Notes: a model not told the origin generated them from the sequence alone. A stretch of 64,000 nt of DNA from Paludibacteraceae bacterium (GCA_024399575.1 JAKSNT010000001.1:9124-73123); one strand, 5' to 3'. Counted from the first letter of the stretch, positions 38,101-47,326 are shown. Numbers and translations are program-made.

Positions 38101-40811
38101 GTCCTGGAGGCGAAATGGCGTATGGCAATTTCAATGACTATGCGAGAATGTATCTCGTTCCTGGATCAGTCGTTACATATCCTGTCAGTGCACCATTCAG
38201 TCCAGAGAATTATCCTTCTAATATAATACCGTTGGATGGCAACAACGCAATATCCGAGTTGACCAATGTCTGGAAACATCTGGAACAGACTGTTGACCTT
38301 ACGGGAAGGGCAGGTAAATATTGTCTGGTATTCGCATGGGTCAATAACGAGGTGATGGGTGGCAACGAGCCTTTGGCAATAAACAATATCAAGATAGATG
38401 ATGAGAACGACTTCTGTCTTGACTTGCCATCGACAGTTATTGTGGATCAGACTACTGCACATACGGCTACTGTGTCTGTGAAGACACGCCCAAGTTACAG
38501 GAACATACAATTTGCTTATGCTTTGGATGGTGATAATGTGACTTTGGGAGATACAATAGGAAGTATCTATTCTGTAAATGGCACAGGTGTTATCGGAGGT
38601 CTGACTGCAAACACCACATATAAAGTATATGCAAGGGCATTCTGTTCGTCAGGCGACACGACATCGTGGACTGATGGTGTGATGGCATTGACGATGAGTA
38701 CAGATTGTTTCGAACCTCAGAATGTAAGGTTGCTCGCAATATCAGATACTTCGGCAACAATAACATGGGGTGGTGCTCCAGATGCAATCAAGTATATGTA
38801 TGACCTTGGAGACGAAAGCTATGATATATATAAAGACACACTTGTATTAATGGGACTTCATCCACATACCGAATACACATTCAATGTAAGGACAGTTTGT
38901 AATGGTGGAGTGATTACCGATGCGGCATCATTGTCGTTCCTTACTTTGTGCGGTATTATGTCATCTCCATATAGCGAGGGATTCGAGACTATTTCTGAAG
39001 CATATACCTCGGATGATATGATTGAGAATATATGTTGGAACCAGCTCAATGCATCGAGCAATATTTATCAATATCCACAATATATGGCTACTACCGACCA
39101 GTCGTATGTTGATGAAGGTGGCAAATGCCTGTTGCTGGCATCTTCCACTGCAAAATCGCTCTATCTTGTTATGCCTGAGTTCAGGGATGTAACTAACAAA
39201 AAAGTGATGTTCAATTCGCGTGTCAGCGACCCAATGACATCTGGAACGTTGACAGTCGGATATCTCACGGATGCAAGTAGCCCTCAAACGTTTGTCGATG
39301 TATTCAACACCCCTAAGAGTTCAGTGAAATCAGAATATGCAGCACAATTCGGCGAAATACCTGAGGGAGCTCGCATAGCATTCAGATATGGAGGGGCAAG
39401 TCAGGATGGTGCAATGGCATCGTTGGACAATGTGAGGGTTGTTGATATGGTCGAAGGTGAGGTATATACTGATACTGTATGCTATGCTACTCCATATTCA
39501 TTGCATGGATTCAGCGTTTCATCAGATAAGATGAGTGTTGGCGACAATGTCCTGACACGGTTCAAATCGGGTATTATTGGTGCGCCAGATACTATCATTA
39601 CAGCAAATGTCTATATGAAAGGTATGAAGTATTCTGAGGAATATGATACTTGTTGTGCAGGCGCTCCTTCATTCCTCTGGAAGGGGATAGCAATACGGAC
39701 TGATGAAAGCGACAGATACATATATACTACTGAGGCTGCTGATATGTGCGACTCGACAGTGACACTGTTCATGCACGTGATTCCAACGCACGAGATAAGG
39801 AAAGATACAATCTGCGAAGGCGATACTATGTATTTCTATGGTCAGGAGTTGACCGAGGCTGGCACTTACAATGCCGTTGATACCACGAAATGGGGCTGTA
39901 CTGATAGTATAACATTGCATCTTGCAGTTGCTTTGGCTCGTGACACTATACGCGAAACGATTTGCCAGGGAACAGTTTACTATTGGCATAACCAGTCATA
40001 TTCTGTTGCTGGAACATACGATTGGAATGGTGCAGGTGCTCATGGCTGTCCATTGCGCGAGACTCTGGAACTGACAGTATTAAACGGGAACTTCAGCCAT
40101 GACGAATATGTTTGCCAAGGTGGTTATTATCTGTTCATTGATACCGTACTCAGAACGGCTGGCACTTATACAAAGGTCTATGAGGATGCGAAATTGGGAT
40201 GTTTCATAACCGAAACAGTTGTTTTGTATGTTAATCCTCCTATAGCAGGAGATGTCTATGACCGTTCTTGCGAGGGAAGAAATTATCAGGGGTATGGAGT
40301 TGATTGTGAAGTGACTGCCGATACAGTGATAACTGTAGTTGCACCATCTACTGCCGATGGTTGTGACTCTGTTACGAACATACATATTGAATTCATTCCG
40401 ACTGTACATACTGATACTGTCGTCAAGTTGCCTGAAGGCTCGACCTTTACTTGGCACGACAATACTTATACCAGAAGCGGTAAATACGATGAAAAGCTGG
40501 TAAGCAGTCTTGGTTGTGACTCGATTGTGACTCTTCATCTGACAATAGGTGATGGAACCGACAATATTGCAATGATAAACATTGAGGTCGTTCCAAATCC
40601 TGTGGATGCAGGCATGACCGCATACGTTTATGGAGATTTTGGCGAGGTGGAACGTGTTGAAATATTCAACAACTTTGGCCAAATGGTTGGACAGTTTGTT
40701 CCTTCATCATATCCTATCACAGTTAATGGAATTGAGACATCCGGTTTGTATTATGTCCGAATAGTTACTATTGCTGGTGATGTATATGCAGAAAAATTGA
40801 TAGTCAAGTGA
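32124..40811 (+). CDS. giant (2895 aa) modular secreted surface protein with T9SS C-terminal sorting domain
   Basis: Signal peptide MKWIKILSLFCALSLSLTVTGQ. About 9 modules, each starting with an (E/D)xF(D/E)...P.CW block (choice-of-anchor-J/MAM-like beta-sandwich), ending in [FY][IV]D[DN][IV] and followed by an FN3-like domain. Seven Cys-containing ~45-aa repeats. C-terminus ...GLYYVRIVTIAGDVYAEKLIVK is typical of Por_Secre_tail. Confidence 0.85.
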   Translation: MKWIKILSLFCALSLSLTVTGQSASLLNETFDNATLDTIPVGWNNAGGTCEGRYTWRVVEQPSFSTSGQCISFNSYSAPDGTYGILKTPSITLVGNYHLKFKYNNYNAGKLHVYISTDGGATFFNHPLDTTTLVSETNYEWDEADISLAQYSGAVKIVFYSVSNFGYYRQYIDDVEIYAGPTCQQPVGIYTQNVTTTSADLFWGLSNEGNSPSGYLVDVIDEHGTTVCKNRAVTAAMISLTGLTSNTKYTVNVRSDCSQTGHAYSKYETFSFKTACNPLNLPYSDNFDNVVDMPDCSDGMNVNVSQSYYAGLNGKSMQLSSMTGDGAYLLLPTIAHAANDMQMTCKVRRNNLNDTASYGIGICDPTDPTSTFESMYDGVLNDGVDWHEIRVNTSACSFGAQSNKAMCVMLYPMSSTMMYVDDVKIEPIPSCIRPENLAISGITTNSCTVDWGVANAANYTIKCKGDDGSEVVKNATTHPFTVTGLNQNTRYTVTVQAKCTPTDTSETSHCVVFRTMCAPLTTPIFLEDAEGTVGMDLPNCWFQGVWDKPSYVTETEFFRTMGKSQYDDNVHSGNRAFVVTGGYDPVKSYMYSPAIVVNQANQYSVSIWMRRESYGQANEGLTLYVSPQPNDTTGGQRLGFISCDANAAPQESDGSGWYKYTYPIQMTGTLYVIIGAECSYRNIMFDDVEVRLTPTCLPVTKVSVGMPTTNTCSLSWTGGTQASQWILEYELQKNGIEVRSDTVTTNSANYTLTGLQPGSEYTVSGKVYVKCSSTDISDEKNFRGQFATLCDVISQFPYIEDFEGNNVPPMCWKTGSNQPICYWTKSGGTTHGGQGSAYVISGNNPSETYLSTGEMTFNGVNQFEISVWIYRGEYGQNETNEGLKIYVGPSQNDLSQATMLGFVAQNYLNSPAVPSTGWYKYTYEIPSNISGSNYILFVYNSVIGDLMYIDDVEVRQSAACGGITANIDTVDHQSARVSISRYTSWEIEYGEQNRANKLHQTIPAGTDTFRITGLNPEGNYEFRVRRFCVSGDTSAWSKTYLFQTLPAPPSCYPPVVTVNTIMSNSVNLNISSADATIWEVNVSSGATMDGDVYSGVVNLSIFTVPGLVANTEYYYMVRAICAVGDTSAWTLPDVFTTDCMSEQVPYYEQFDNVSSVECWRSLGNIPPEQSSTFSYSGKKSLKVTDVMAISPEFDVTSLAPLAISGMAYTPTDVTQFSIGVIVDPEDEYSFEGMASQTLNVTGQWTPFKVYLDDLSDPMYAGGAANAKRIVFFVPAGSVVYFDDISVDMAESCHQPMSVDITNAQPSSFDISWDSDAPKHRVIVIQQNGGAGIDTVVMSNPATIRNLRPMTDYSVQVAAICSQSDTSATVSAGVVRTGCGRISTPFYDNFESYEVMTVPNCWDIRMSSTATMNTIIYPDTSAHPEYIWNVFKYGNNKMMRLFNERIVGLSTRDSACIVTPLMRIDGDSTILALDYSHRASCGPIAVNISDNDGQTFVNIDSLFRTVFPGNWSSTDPGILYHKEIDLSAYNGRPVIIQLSAMCDYGLGSVFVDNVQLLKKQTCVAPSGLQQIAAGQDWLAVGWYRDSLINNYVVKISDGVNSMYYPVDTTCGIRIGGLNSSSRYEISVASISANGDTSLFSSPIVLKTLCAYQETPYFEDFESQIVGYNPECWDISTSTTVSATERPDYVWGVSEYNGNKFIRMYNYLVHDGNAIISMPPFSLGAGHGYLLKYKYSHRASCVALNVEVSDNGGSTFTQVASHKYGGLAYDNDDPGIFNENEVDLTPYSGKDIIIRFSCRANFHTGSVFVDDISIESTSMCQKTQGLTLTYTDTAVTAVVNDTVSSHTQWQYACIPYGESIDTFAYHISTSKNINVTGLTSATAYQIYVRAYCDSVEQSVWDMRSFRTNATSAGMPFVCDFTDEVENQQWQFSHITGNRFIIGSDSKALYENATAALYVTDGTSYTYNTNRKSSAVAYREIEFGSGRYVITFDWKCPGGEMAYGNFNDYARMYLVPGSVVTYPVSAPFSPENYPSNIIPLDGNNAISELTNVWKHLEQTVDLTGRAGKYCLVFAWVNNEVMGGNEPLAINNIKIDDENDFCLDLPSTVIVDQTTAHTATVSVKTRPSYRNIQFAYALDGDNVTLGDTIGSIYSVNGTGVIGGLTANTTYKVYARAFCSSGDTTSWTDGVMALTMSTDCFEPQNVRLLAISDTSATITWGGAPDAIKYMYDLGDESYDIYKDTLVLMGLHPHTEYTFNVRTVCNGGVITDAASLSFLTLCGIMSSPYSEGFETISEAYTSDDMIENICWNQLNASSNIYQYPQYMATTDQSYVDEGGKCLLLASSTAKSLYLVMPEFRDVTNKKVMFNSRVSDPMTSGTLTVGYLTDASSPQTFVDVFNTPKSSVKSEYAAQFGEIPEGARIAFRYGGASQDGAMASLDNVRVVDMVEGEVYTDTVCYATPYSLHGFSVSSDKMSVGDNVLTRFKSGIIGAPDTIITANVYMKGMKYSEEYDTCCAGAPSFLWKGIAIRTDESDRYIYTTEAADMCDSTVTLFMHVIPTHEIRKDTICEGDTMYFYGQELTEAGTYNAVDTTKWGCTDSITLHLAVALARDTIRETICQGTVYYWHNQSYSVAGTYDWNGAGAHGCPLRETLELTVLNGNFSHDEYVCQGGYYLFIDTVLRTAGTYTKVYEDAKLGCFITETVVLYVNPPIAGDVYDRSCEGRNYQGYGVDCEVTADTVITVVAPSTADGCDSVTNIHIEFIPTVHTDTVVKLPEGSTFTWHDNTYTRSGKYDEKLVSSLGCDSIVTLHLTIGDGTDNIAMINIEVVPNPVDAGMTAYVYGDFGEVERVEIFNNFGQMVGQFVPSSYPITVNGIETSGLYYVRIVTIAGDVYAEKLIVK

Positions 40812-41479
40812 TGAAGAGAGATACGTTGCAATTTATAAGCGATTTGGCTGACAACAACAATCGTGAATGGTTTGCAGAGAATAAATCACGTTATGAGTCG
40901 GCACGTGAGGACGTGTCGGCTCTTACGCGTGATATGATTCAGAGAATTGGGGAGTTCGACCCTGAAGTGAGGTATCTTGACCCAAAGGAATGTATGTTCA
41001 GGATATATCGTGACGTACGTTTTTCGTTGGATAAGTCGCCATATAAGCGTCATTTCGGCACTTACATAGCTAAGAATGGTGGACATCGCAGCCTTTATTC
41101 TGGATATTATATCCATATCGAGCCTGGCAATTGCATGTTGTCGGGTGGAATATGGTGTCCTGATTCAGCTGGCGTGAAAAGACTGCGGTCTGTTATTGAT
41201 ACGGAGTATGAAGAGTTGCGTGCAATAATGGCAAAGCCTGCCTTCAAGCGATATTTCGGTACTGAACTTGTGAGCATCGACCCTCCGCTGAAACGTATCC
41301 CGAGAGGTTATCCGGAGGATCATCCTGCGGCAGATTGGCTTAAACTGAAGCAGATACTTGTCTCGTGGCATTTCGCGGACGGAATGTTGTTTGACGACAA
41401 GTTTGAAGATAAACTTGCAGATGGTTGCAAGGCAATGATGGAGTTCTCGCATTGGTGTAACGATGCGTATTTTGGTTGA
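40811..41479 (+). CDS. DUF2461 (TIGR02453) family protein
   Basis: FISDLADNNNREWFAENKSRYE and RIYRDVRFS motifs. The ATG overlaps the last base of the upstream TGA. Confidence 0.8.
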   Translation: MKRDTLQFISDLADNNNREWFAENKSRYESAREDVSALTRDMIQRIGEFDPEVRYLDPKECMFRIYRDVRFSLDKSPYKRHFGTYIAKNGGHRSLYSGYYIHIEPGNCMLSGGIWCPDSAGVKRLRSVIDTEYEELRAIMAKPAFKRYFGTELVSIDPPLKRIPRGYPEDHPAADWLKLKQILVSWHFADGMLFDDKFEDKLADGCKAMMEFSHWCNDAYFG

Positions 41480-41485
41480 CAATCG

Positions 41486-42724
41486 ATGAGGGTAGAGGCT
41501 TTCATAGCAAGACGGTTCAACAAGCATACAGGTCGTGACGGACAGGAAATGTCGCGTCCTGCGATTAAAGTGGCAATTATTGGTGTGGCGTTGGGACTGG
41601 CTGTCATGCTGATATCAATTGCTGTGATAGTGGGATTCAAAAGGGAGGTTCGCAGTCAGGTGATTGGTTTTGGCAGTCACATTCAGATTGCATCGTATGA
41701 GAATTATGGCAATATGCAGGAATCTCCAATGAGGCAGACTGCGGATTTCAGGAAATCTCTTTTGATGCTTGACAATGTCTCCGATGTGCAGAATATTGTC
41801 AGAAAGCCTGGAATAATTCAGACCGACAGAGCCTTTCAGGGGGTGATGATGAAAGGAGTTGACTCAACGTACAATTGGGATTTTTTTTGTGACAGGTTGG
41901 TTGCTGGAGATGTAGAAAATGTCGATTCTATCGACAATTGGACTGTAATTAGCCGGATTATGGCTGATAATATGGATTTGGACACAGGTATGACGTTTAT
42001 CGTCTATTTTGTTGGTGAGAATCTGCGTGCAAGGAAATATTGTGTTGCTGCCATTTATCAAACGACCTTTTCAGAGTATGATAAATTGTATATTCTGACT
42101 GACTTGCGGGGATTGCAGCAACTCAACAACTGGAATGCTGACCAATACAGCTCGTTGGAGTTGCTGTTGAAAGATTGGGAAAAATTAGATGAGACAGCAG
42201 GCAAAGTGTTTGGTGTGGCTGCTGACGAGGGTGAATTATATTCGATAGATACGATTGTGGATATGGCTCCGCAGATATTCGATTGGCTGTCAATGCTTGA
42301 CATGAATGCAGTGATTATATTGGTTTTGATGATGCTTGTTTCTGGTTTTTGTATAATTTCCGGTTTGCTCATCCTGATACTTGAAAGATGCAGTACAATC
42401 GGTTTGCTGAAGGCTTTGGGAATGACGGATTGGGGAATCAGGATGGTTTTTCTGCGACAGGCGTTGTATCTGGTTGGCGAGGGAATGATATGGGGAAATA
42501 TAGTTGGTCTGGCATTGATTCTTATACAATATTTTACAAGCGTTGTTCCATTGGATCCTGCATCATATTATGTTGACCATGTGCCAGTCTTTCTGTCGGT
42601 GAAATGGTGGATTTTGCTGAATATAGGTATGGGTTTGACTGCTACGGCAATGTTGGTGTTGCCGTCAAGAATGATCGTGAAGGTAAAACCTTCAGAATTG
42701 ATTGACTGTAATGCTCAGTCTTGA
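41486..42724 (+). CDS. FtsX-like ABC transporter permease (LolC/E-like)
   Basis: N-terminal TM, large periplasmic domain and a C-terminal 3-TM FtsX domain. RRFNKHTGRDGQEMSRPAIKVAIIGVALG is LolE-like. Confidence 0.8.
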   Translation: MRVEAFIARRFNKHTGRDGQEMSRPAIKVAIIGVALGLAVMLISIAVIVGFKREVRSQVIGFGSHIQIASYENYGNMQESPMRQTADFRKSLLMLDNVSDVQNIVRKPGIIQTDRAFQGVMMKGVDSTYNWDFFCDRLVAGDVENVDSIDNWTVISRIMADNMDLDTGMTFIVYFVGENLRARKYCVAAIYQTTFSEYDKLYILTDLRGLQQLNNWNADQYSSLELLLKDWEKLDETAGKVFGVAADEGELYSIDTIVDMAPQIFDWLSMLDMNAVIILVLMMLVSGFCIISGLLILILERCSTIGLLKALGMTDWGIRMVFLRQALYLVGEGMIWGNIVGLALILIQYFTSVVPLDPASYYVDHVPVFLSVKWWILLNIGMGLTATAMLVLPSRMIVKVKPSELIDCNAQS

Positions 42725-42729
42725 TTACT

Positions 42730-45462
42730 ATGGGTAAGAATATCGAAATATTGGGGGCAAGGGTTAACAACCTTAAGAATGTAAATGTTGTCATCCCGCG
42801 TAATTCGCTGACCGTAATTACGGGAGTGAGTGGTAGCGGCAAATCGTCGCTTGCTTTTGATACAATTTATCAGGAAGGTCAAAGAAGATATATTGAGACG
42901 TTTTCGGCTTATGCCCGTCATTTTATGGGAAATGTCGAAAGACCTGACGTTGACCATATTTCTGGTTTGAGTCCTGTGATTGCAATAGAACAGAAGACTG
43001 TCAATAAAAATCCCCGTTCCACCGTAGGTACGGTAACCGAAATTTACGATTTCATCAGATTGTTGTATGCGCGTGCTGGCACTGCTTTCAGTTATGTGTC
43101 GGGCGAGAAGATGGTGAAATACACTGATGAGATGATTATTGATCTTATCATCAGGGATTATGAAGGTCAGGGAATATATTTGTTGTCGCCATTGGTCAAG
43201 AATCGCAAGGGGCATTATCGTGACCTCTTTGACCAGATTAGGAAGAAGGGATATATGAATGTCAGGGTGGATGGTGAGTTCACTGAAATCACCTCTGGAT
43301 TAAAATTGGATAGATATAAGAATCATGACATTGAGGTGGTTGTTGATAAATTGGTTGTCAGGAAACAAGATGAAGACAGATTGAAAAAGAGCGTCATGCG
43401 TGCAATGGATTTGGGTGATGGTGTGATGATGATAATGACCAAAGGCGTAAACGATGTCAGATTCCTTTCGCGTCATCTGATGGATCCTGTTACCGGAATA
43501 TCTTACAGCGAGCCTGCACCACATAACTTCTCGTTCAATTCACCGAAGGGTGCCTGTCCGAAATGCAAGGGACTCGGAGTTGTGAATATTGTTGATATGG
43601 AAAAGGTTGTGCCTGATCCTTCGAAAAGCATTGCTGCAGGTGGAATTGTTCCTTTGGGCAAAAGTAAAGAAAGTTATATCTTCCGTCAGATTGAAGCTAT
43701 TGCTGACAAGTATGGGTTCACGGTGAATACGCCTATTTCTGAGATTCCAACCGATGGAATGGACGAAATAATGAACGGTACGACTGAAAACCTCTATCTT
43801 CATGAAGGTGATAGTGTTTGTAGTACCAAATATGAGGGGCTTGTTCGTTATATTGAGATGCAGCAGGAGGAAGGGAGCGATGCTGCACAGAAATGGGCAA
43901 ACGATTTCTATACTCAGGTGCAGTGCCCTCATTGCCATGGTTCACGATTGAATGAAGAGGCATTGAGCTTCAGGTTCGGTGATAAGAACATTGCTGAAAT
44001 CCAGCAGATGGAACTTGAGGATTTGTATAAATGGTTTAATAAAATCGAGAAAAAACTGGATGACAGAACTAGACAGATTTCGTTTGAGATAATCAAGGAG
44101 ATAAAGACAAGACTTAAATTCCTGATAGATGTTGGGCTGGGTTATTTGTCGCTTGCAAGGTCTTCTGCCACATTGTCGGGAGGCGAGAGCCAGCGAATAC
44201 GTCTTGCTACCCAGATAGGCAGTCAATTGGTAAATGTGCTGTATATACTTGACGAACCGAGCATAGGACTTCATCATAGGGATAACTTGAAACTGATTGC
44301 ATCGTTGAAGAAATTGCGTGATATTGGTAATACGGTGATAGTGGTTGAACATGACGAGAGTATGATGCGTGCCGCTGATTATATCGTTGATATGGGTCCT
44401 GGTGCAGGTCGTTTGGGCGGTGAAGTGGTGTTTCAGGGTACGTTGAAGAAAATGCTTGAATCGAATACAACTACGTCACAATATCTTAACGGTGAGCGTT
44501 GTATTGATATGCCGAAGAATCGGAGGAAAGGCAACGGCAGGCATTTGGTATTGAAAGGGGCGAGGGGAAACAATCTGAAATCTGTGACACTCGATATTCC
44601 GCTTGGGACGTTTGTCTGCATTGCAGGTGTTTCAGGAAGTGGGAAGTCAACTTTGATAAACCAGACTTTGCGTCCAATTCTCAACCAGCATTTTTGCCGC
44701 TCGAAAGAGCAGCCGTTGCCATACGATTCTATAGAAGGAATTGAGGGTGTTGACAAGGTGATAACCATAAACCAGGAACCTATAGGTAGGACGCCAAGGT
44801 CGAATCCTGCTACATATACGGGTGTTTTCAATGATATTCGTAACTTGTTTGCTACTTTGCCTGAGGCTAAGATAAGGGGTTACAAGCCTAGCCGTTTCTC
44901 GTTCAATGCCAAGGGTGGACGTTGTGAGGAGTGTACCGGTAACGGTTATAAACGGTTGGAAATGAATTTTATGCCTGATGTCTATGTGCCATGCGAGGTA
45001 TGTGGTGGTAAACGCTATAATCGCGAAACACTTGAGGTGAAATTCAAAGGTAAATCTATTGCTGATGTGCTCGATATGACCATAAACCAGTCGGTCGAGT
45101 TTTTTGAGAACATGCCTATGTTCATAAACAAATTGAAAACATTGCAGGATGTCGGGCTGGGGTATGTGAAACTCGGGCAGAGCAGTACGACCCTTTCCGG
45201 AGGTGAAAGCCAGCGAGTGAAATTGGCTACCGAACTTGCAAAACGTGATACTGGAAATACGTTGTATATCCTTGACGAGCCGACCACTGGACTTCATTTT
45301 GAGGATATCAATATACTGATGCGGGTGTTGCAGAAACTTGTCGATTGCGGTAATACAGTACTGGTCGTTGAACATAATCTCGATGTTCTGAAACAGGCTG
45401 ATTCAATTATCACACTTGGACCAGATGCCGGAAAACATGGAGGTGAAATAATAAAATCATAA
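42730..45462 (+). CDS. uvrA: excinuclease ABC subunit A
   Basis: Walker A GVSGSGKSSLAFDT and GVSGSGKSTL, two LSGGESQR signatures, zinc modules CPKCKGLG and CEECTGNG. Start trimmed from TTG 42721. Confidence 0.95.
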   Translation: MGKNIEILGARVNNLKNVNVVIPRNSLTVITGVSGSGKSSLAFDTIYQEGQRRYIETFSAYARHFMGNVERPDVDHISGLSPVIAIEQKTVNKNPRSTVGTVTEIYDFIRLLYARAGTAFSYVSGEKMVKYTDEMIIDLIIRDYEGQGIYLLSPLVKNRKGHYRDLFDQIRKKGYMNVRVDGEFTEITSGLKLDRYKNHDIEVVVDKLVVRKQDEDRLKKSVMRAMDLGDGVMMIMTKGVNDVRFLSRHLMDPVTGISYSEPAPHNFSFNSPKGACPKCKGLGVVNIVDMEKVVPDPSKSIAAGGIVPLGKSKESYIFRQIEAIADKYGFTVNTPISEIPTDGMDEIMNGTTENLYLHEGDSVCSTKYEGLVRYIEMQQEEGSDAAQKWANDFYTQVQCPHCHGSRLNEEALSFRFGDKNIAEIQQMELEDLYKWFNKIEKKLDDRTRQISFEIIKEIKTRLKFLIDVGLGYLSLARSSATLSGGESQRIRLATQIGSQLVNVLYILDEPSIGLHHRDNLKLIASLKKLRDIGNTVIVVEHDESMMRAADYIVDMGPGAGRLGGEVVFQGTLKKMLESNTTTSQYLNGERCIDMPKNRRKGNGRHLVLKGARGNNLKSVTLDIPLGTFVCIAGVSGSGKSTLINQTLRPILNQHFCRSKEQPLPYDSIEGIEGVDKVITINQEPIGRTPRSNPATYTGVFNDIRNLFATLPEAKIRGYKPSRFSFNAKGGRCEECTGNGYKRLEMNFMPDVYVPCEVCGGKRYNRETLEVKFKGKSIADVLDMTINQSVEFFENMPMFINKLKTLQDVGLGYVKLGQSSTTLSGGESQRVKLATELAKRDTGNTLYILDEPTTGLHFEDINILMRVLQKLVDCGNTVLVVEHNLDVLKQADSIITLGPDAGKHGGEIIKS

Positions 45463-45466
45463 ATAT

Positions 45467-46570
45467 ATGTCATTACAATGTGGAATAGTTGGGTTGCCGA
45501 ATGTGGGTAAGTCAACGTTGTTTAATTGCTTGTCGAATGCCAAGGCGCAGGCGGCAAATTTCCCCTTTTGTACCATTGAACCAAATGTGGGTGTGATTAC
45601 AGTGCCTGATGAACGTCTGGCAAAATTGGCTGAACTCGTTCATCCATCGAGGATAGTGCCAACTACTGTCGAGATTGTCGATATTGCAGGTTTGGTGAAG
45701 GGTGCTTCGAAAGGCGAGGGCCTTGGCAACAAATTTCTTGCCAACATTCGCGAGACAGATGCCATAATCCATGTGTTGCGTTGTTTCGATGATGACAATG
45801 TGGTACATGTAGATGGTACGGTCAACCCTGTCAGGGACAAGGAGATAATTGATGCTGAACTGATGATAAAGGATCTTGAGACCATCGAGCAGCGAATACA
45901 AAAGGTGCAGAAGCAGGCGCAGACCGGTGGCGACAAGCAGGCAAAGCAGGTCTATGAGGTGCTGCTGAAATTCAAGGATGCGTTGGAAAGAGGTGAATCT
46001 GCACGTACTGTGCATTTTGATGCCAAGGACGATGAGAAGATTGCTCACGATTTGTTTTTGCTGACAGCCAAACCAGTGATGTATATCTGCAATGTTGATG
46101 AGAAGAGTGCTGTAAGTGGCAATCAGTATGTTGAACAGGTTCGTGAGGCTGTGAAGAACGAAGATGCCGAAGTGCTTGTAGTGGCTGCAAAGACCGAAAG
46201 TGAGATAGCCGAATTCGAGACTTACGAGGAGCGTCAGATGTTTCTTGAGGAGATTGGTCTTGAGGAGTCGGGAGTGTCGAGGCTGATTAAGTCGGCATAT
46301 CATCTGTTGAAACTTCGTACTTATTTCACGGCAGGCGAGTTGGAGGTCAAGGCTTGGACTTTCCGTGACGGATGGAAGGCTCCACAGTGTGCCGGTGTCA
46401 TTCATACCGATTTCGAGAAGGGTTTCATCCGTGCTGAGGTGATTAAGTATGGCGATTATATCAAATATGGTTCAGAAAGTGCTGTGCGCGAGGCTGGGAA
46501 ACTTGGCGTTGAGGGTAAAGATTATATGGTCGAGGATGGCGATGTGATGCATTTCCGCTTCAATGTCTGA
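45467..46570 (+). CDS. ychF: ribosome-binding ATPase YchF
   Basis: [16 protein letters not shown]1 motif and a C-terminal TGS-like domain (FIRAEV). 367 aa. Confidence 0.95.
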   Translation: MSLQCGIVGLPNVGKSTLFNCLSNAKAQAANFPFCTIEPNVGVITVPDERLAKLAELVHPSRIVPTTVEIVDIAGLVKGASKGEGLGNKFLANIRETDAIIHVLRCFDDDNVVHVDGTVNPVRDKEIIDAELMIKDLETIEQRIQKVQKQAQTGGDKQAKQVYEVLLKFKDALERGESARTVHFDAKDDEKIAHDLFLLTAKPVMYICNVDEKSAVSGNQYVEQVREAVKNEDAEVLVVAAKTESEIAEFETYEERQMFLEEIGLEESGVSRLIKSAYHLLKLRTYFTAGELEVKAWTFRDGWKAPQCAGVIHTDFEKGFIRAEVIKYGDYIKYGSESAVREAGKLGVEGKDYMVEDGDVMHFRFNV

Positions 46571-46580
46571 CCATCGGCCA

Positions 46581-46850
46581 TTAGAATTTTTGGTTTTTAT
46601 ACATCAGGGAAAGGCACTTGCCGTCCTTGCTACGGGAACATAGAGCAATAGGCAGGTATGTACGAGATTCTGCCATCGTGGGTATTTCACGGTCGTTGCT
46701 GAATGCGTGAAGTTCTTGGGCTATGGCAGTCACGCCAAGTGTTATCTCCTTTTTCAATCCTGTTTCGCAATTTTTGCAAAGCAGGATTTTCCCCGACATG
46801 GCGAATAAGGTAATCCAATGACAGTTTTTGAATGGCAATGTCTTTTGCAA
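46581..46850 (-). CDS. small hypothetical protein with CxxC...C...C pattern (start uncertain; alternative Met at 46799)
   Basis: The ORF begins 3 nt after the stop of the upstream minus-strand lipoprotein gene. No recognised motif. Confidence 0.3.
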   Translation of the reverse strand: MQKTLPFKNCHWITLFAMSGKILLCKNCETGLKKEITLGVTAIAQELHAFSNDREIPTMAESRTYLPIALCSRSKDGKCLSLMYKNQKF

Positions 46851-46853
46851 GAA

Positions 46854-47252
46854 TCAGTTGTCAGTTTCAGTTGCGTCCTTCTCAATAGGTTTCAATATCT
46901 CCTTTCGCATGTTATTGTTAGGTGTACCTGTGGTCCTGAAATTCACTGTTGTTGTGCCTACCTGTTTGTGGTCTGCATCATAGGATGTTGCTACTACATT
47001 ATATTTTGTGCCGCCATTGAGACATGCGGCAACGAATTTCATACTCTTGGAGTATCCCATGCTTACAGCTTCACCAAGCTGCAATTTATATGACGCAGAT
47101 TTTGCAGGGCTGTACTCGCATTTCACTATGGCAGTAGAGTCAGTGACCTCGCTTATTGTTATTGCAACCTCGCTCTTTTTCTCATCCTTGCTGCAGCCAA
47201 CGAGCATTGCTGCAACTGCAAATACCATCACGGCGAAAATTAATTTTCTCAT
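46854..47252 (-). CDS. small lipoprotein, single FN3/Ig-like domain
   Basis: MRKLIFAVMVFAVAAMLVGC lipoprotein signal. The ORF-track start 47312 would add 20 aa ahead of the signal peptide, so I prefer ATG 47252. Confidence 0.6.
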   Translation of the reverse strand: MRKLIFAVMVFAVAAMLVGCSKDEKKSEVAITISEVTDSTAIVKCEYSPAKSASYKLQLGEAVSMGYSKSMKFVAACLNGGTKYNVVATSYDADHKQVGTTTVNFRTTGTPNNNMRKEILKPIEKDATETDN

Positions 47253-47326
47253 AATATATTTAATATGTTGATTTGTACTTGGTTGATAATTTGCACCAGC
47301 GTGAGAGCCCATACAAACGCACTTTG

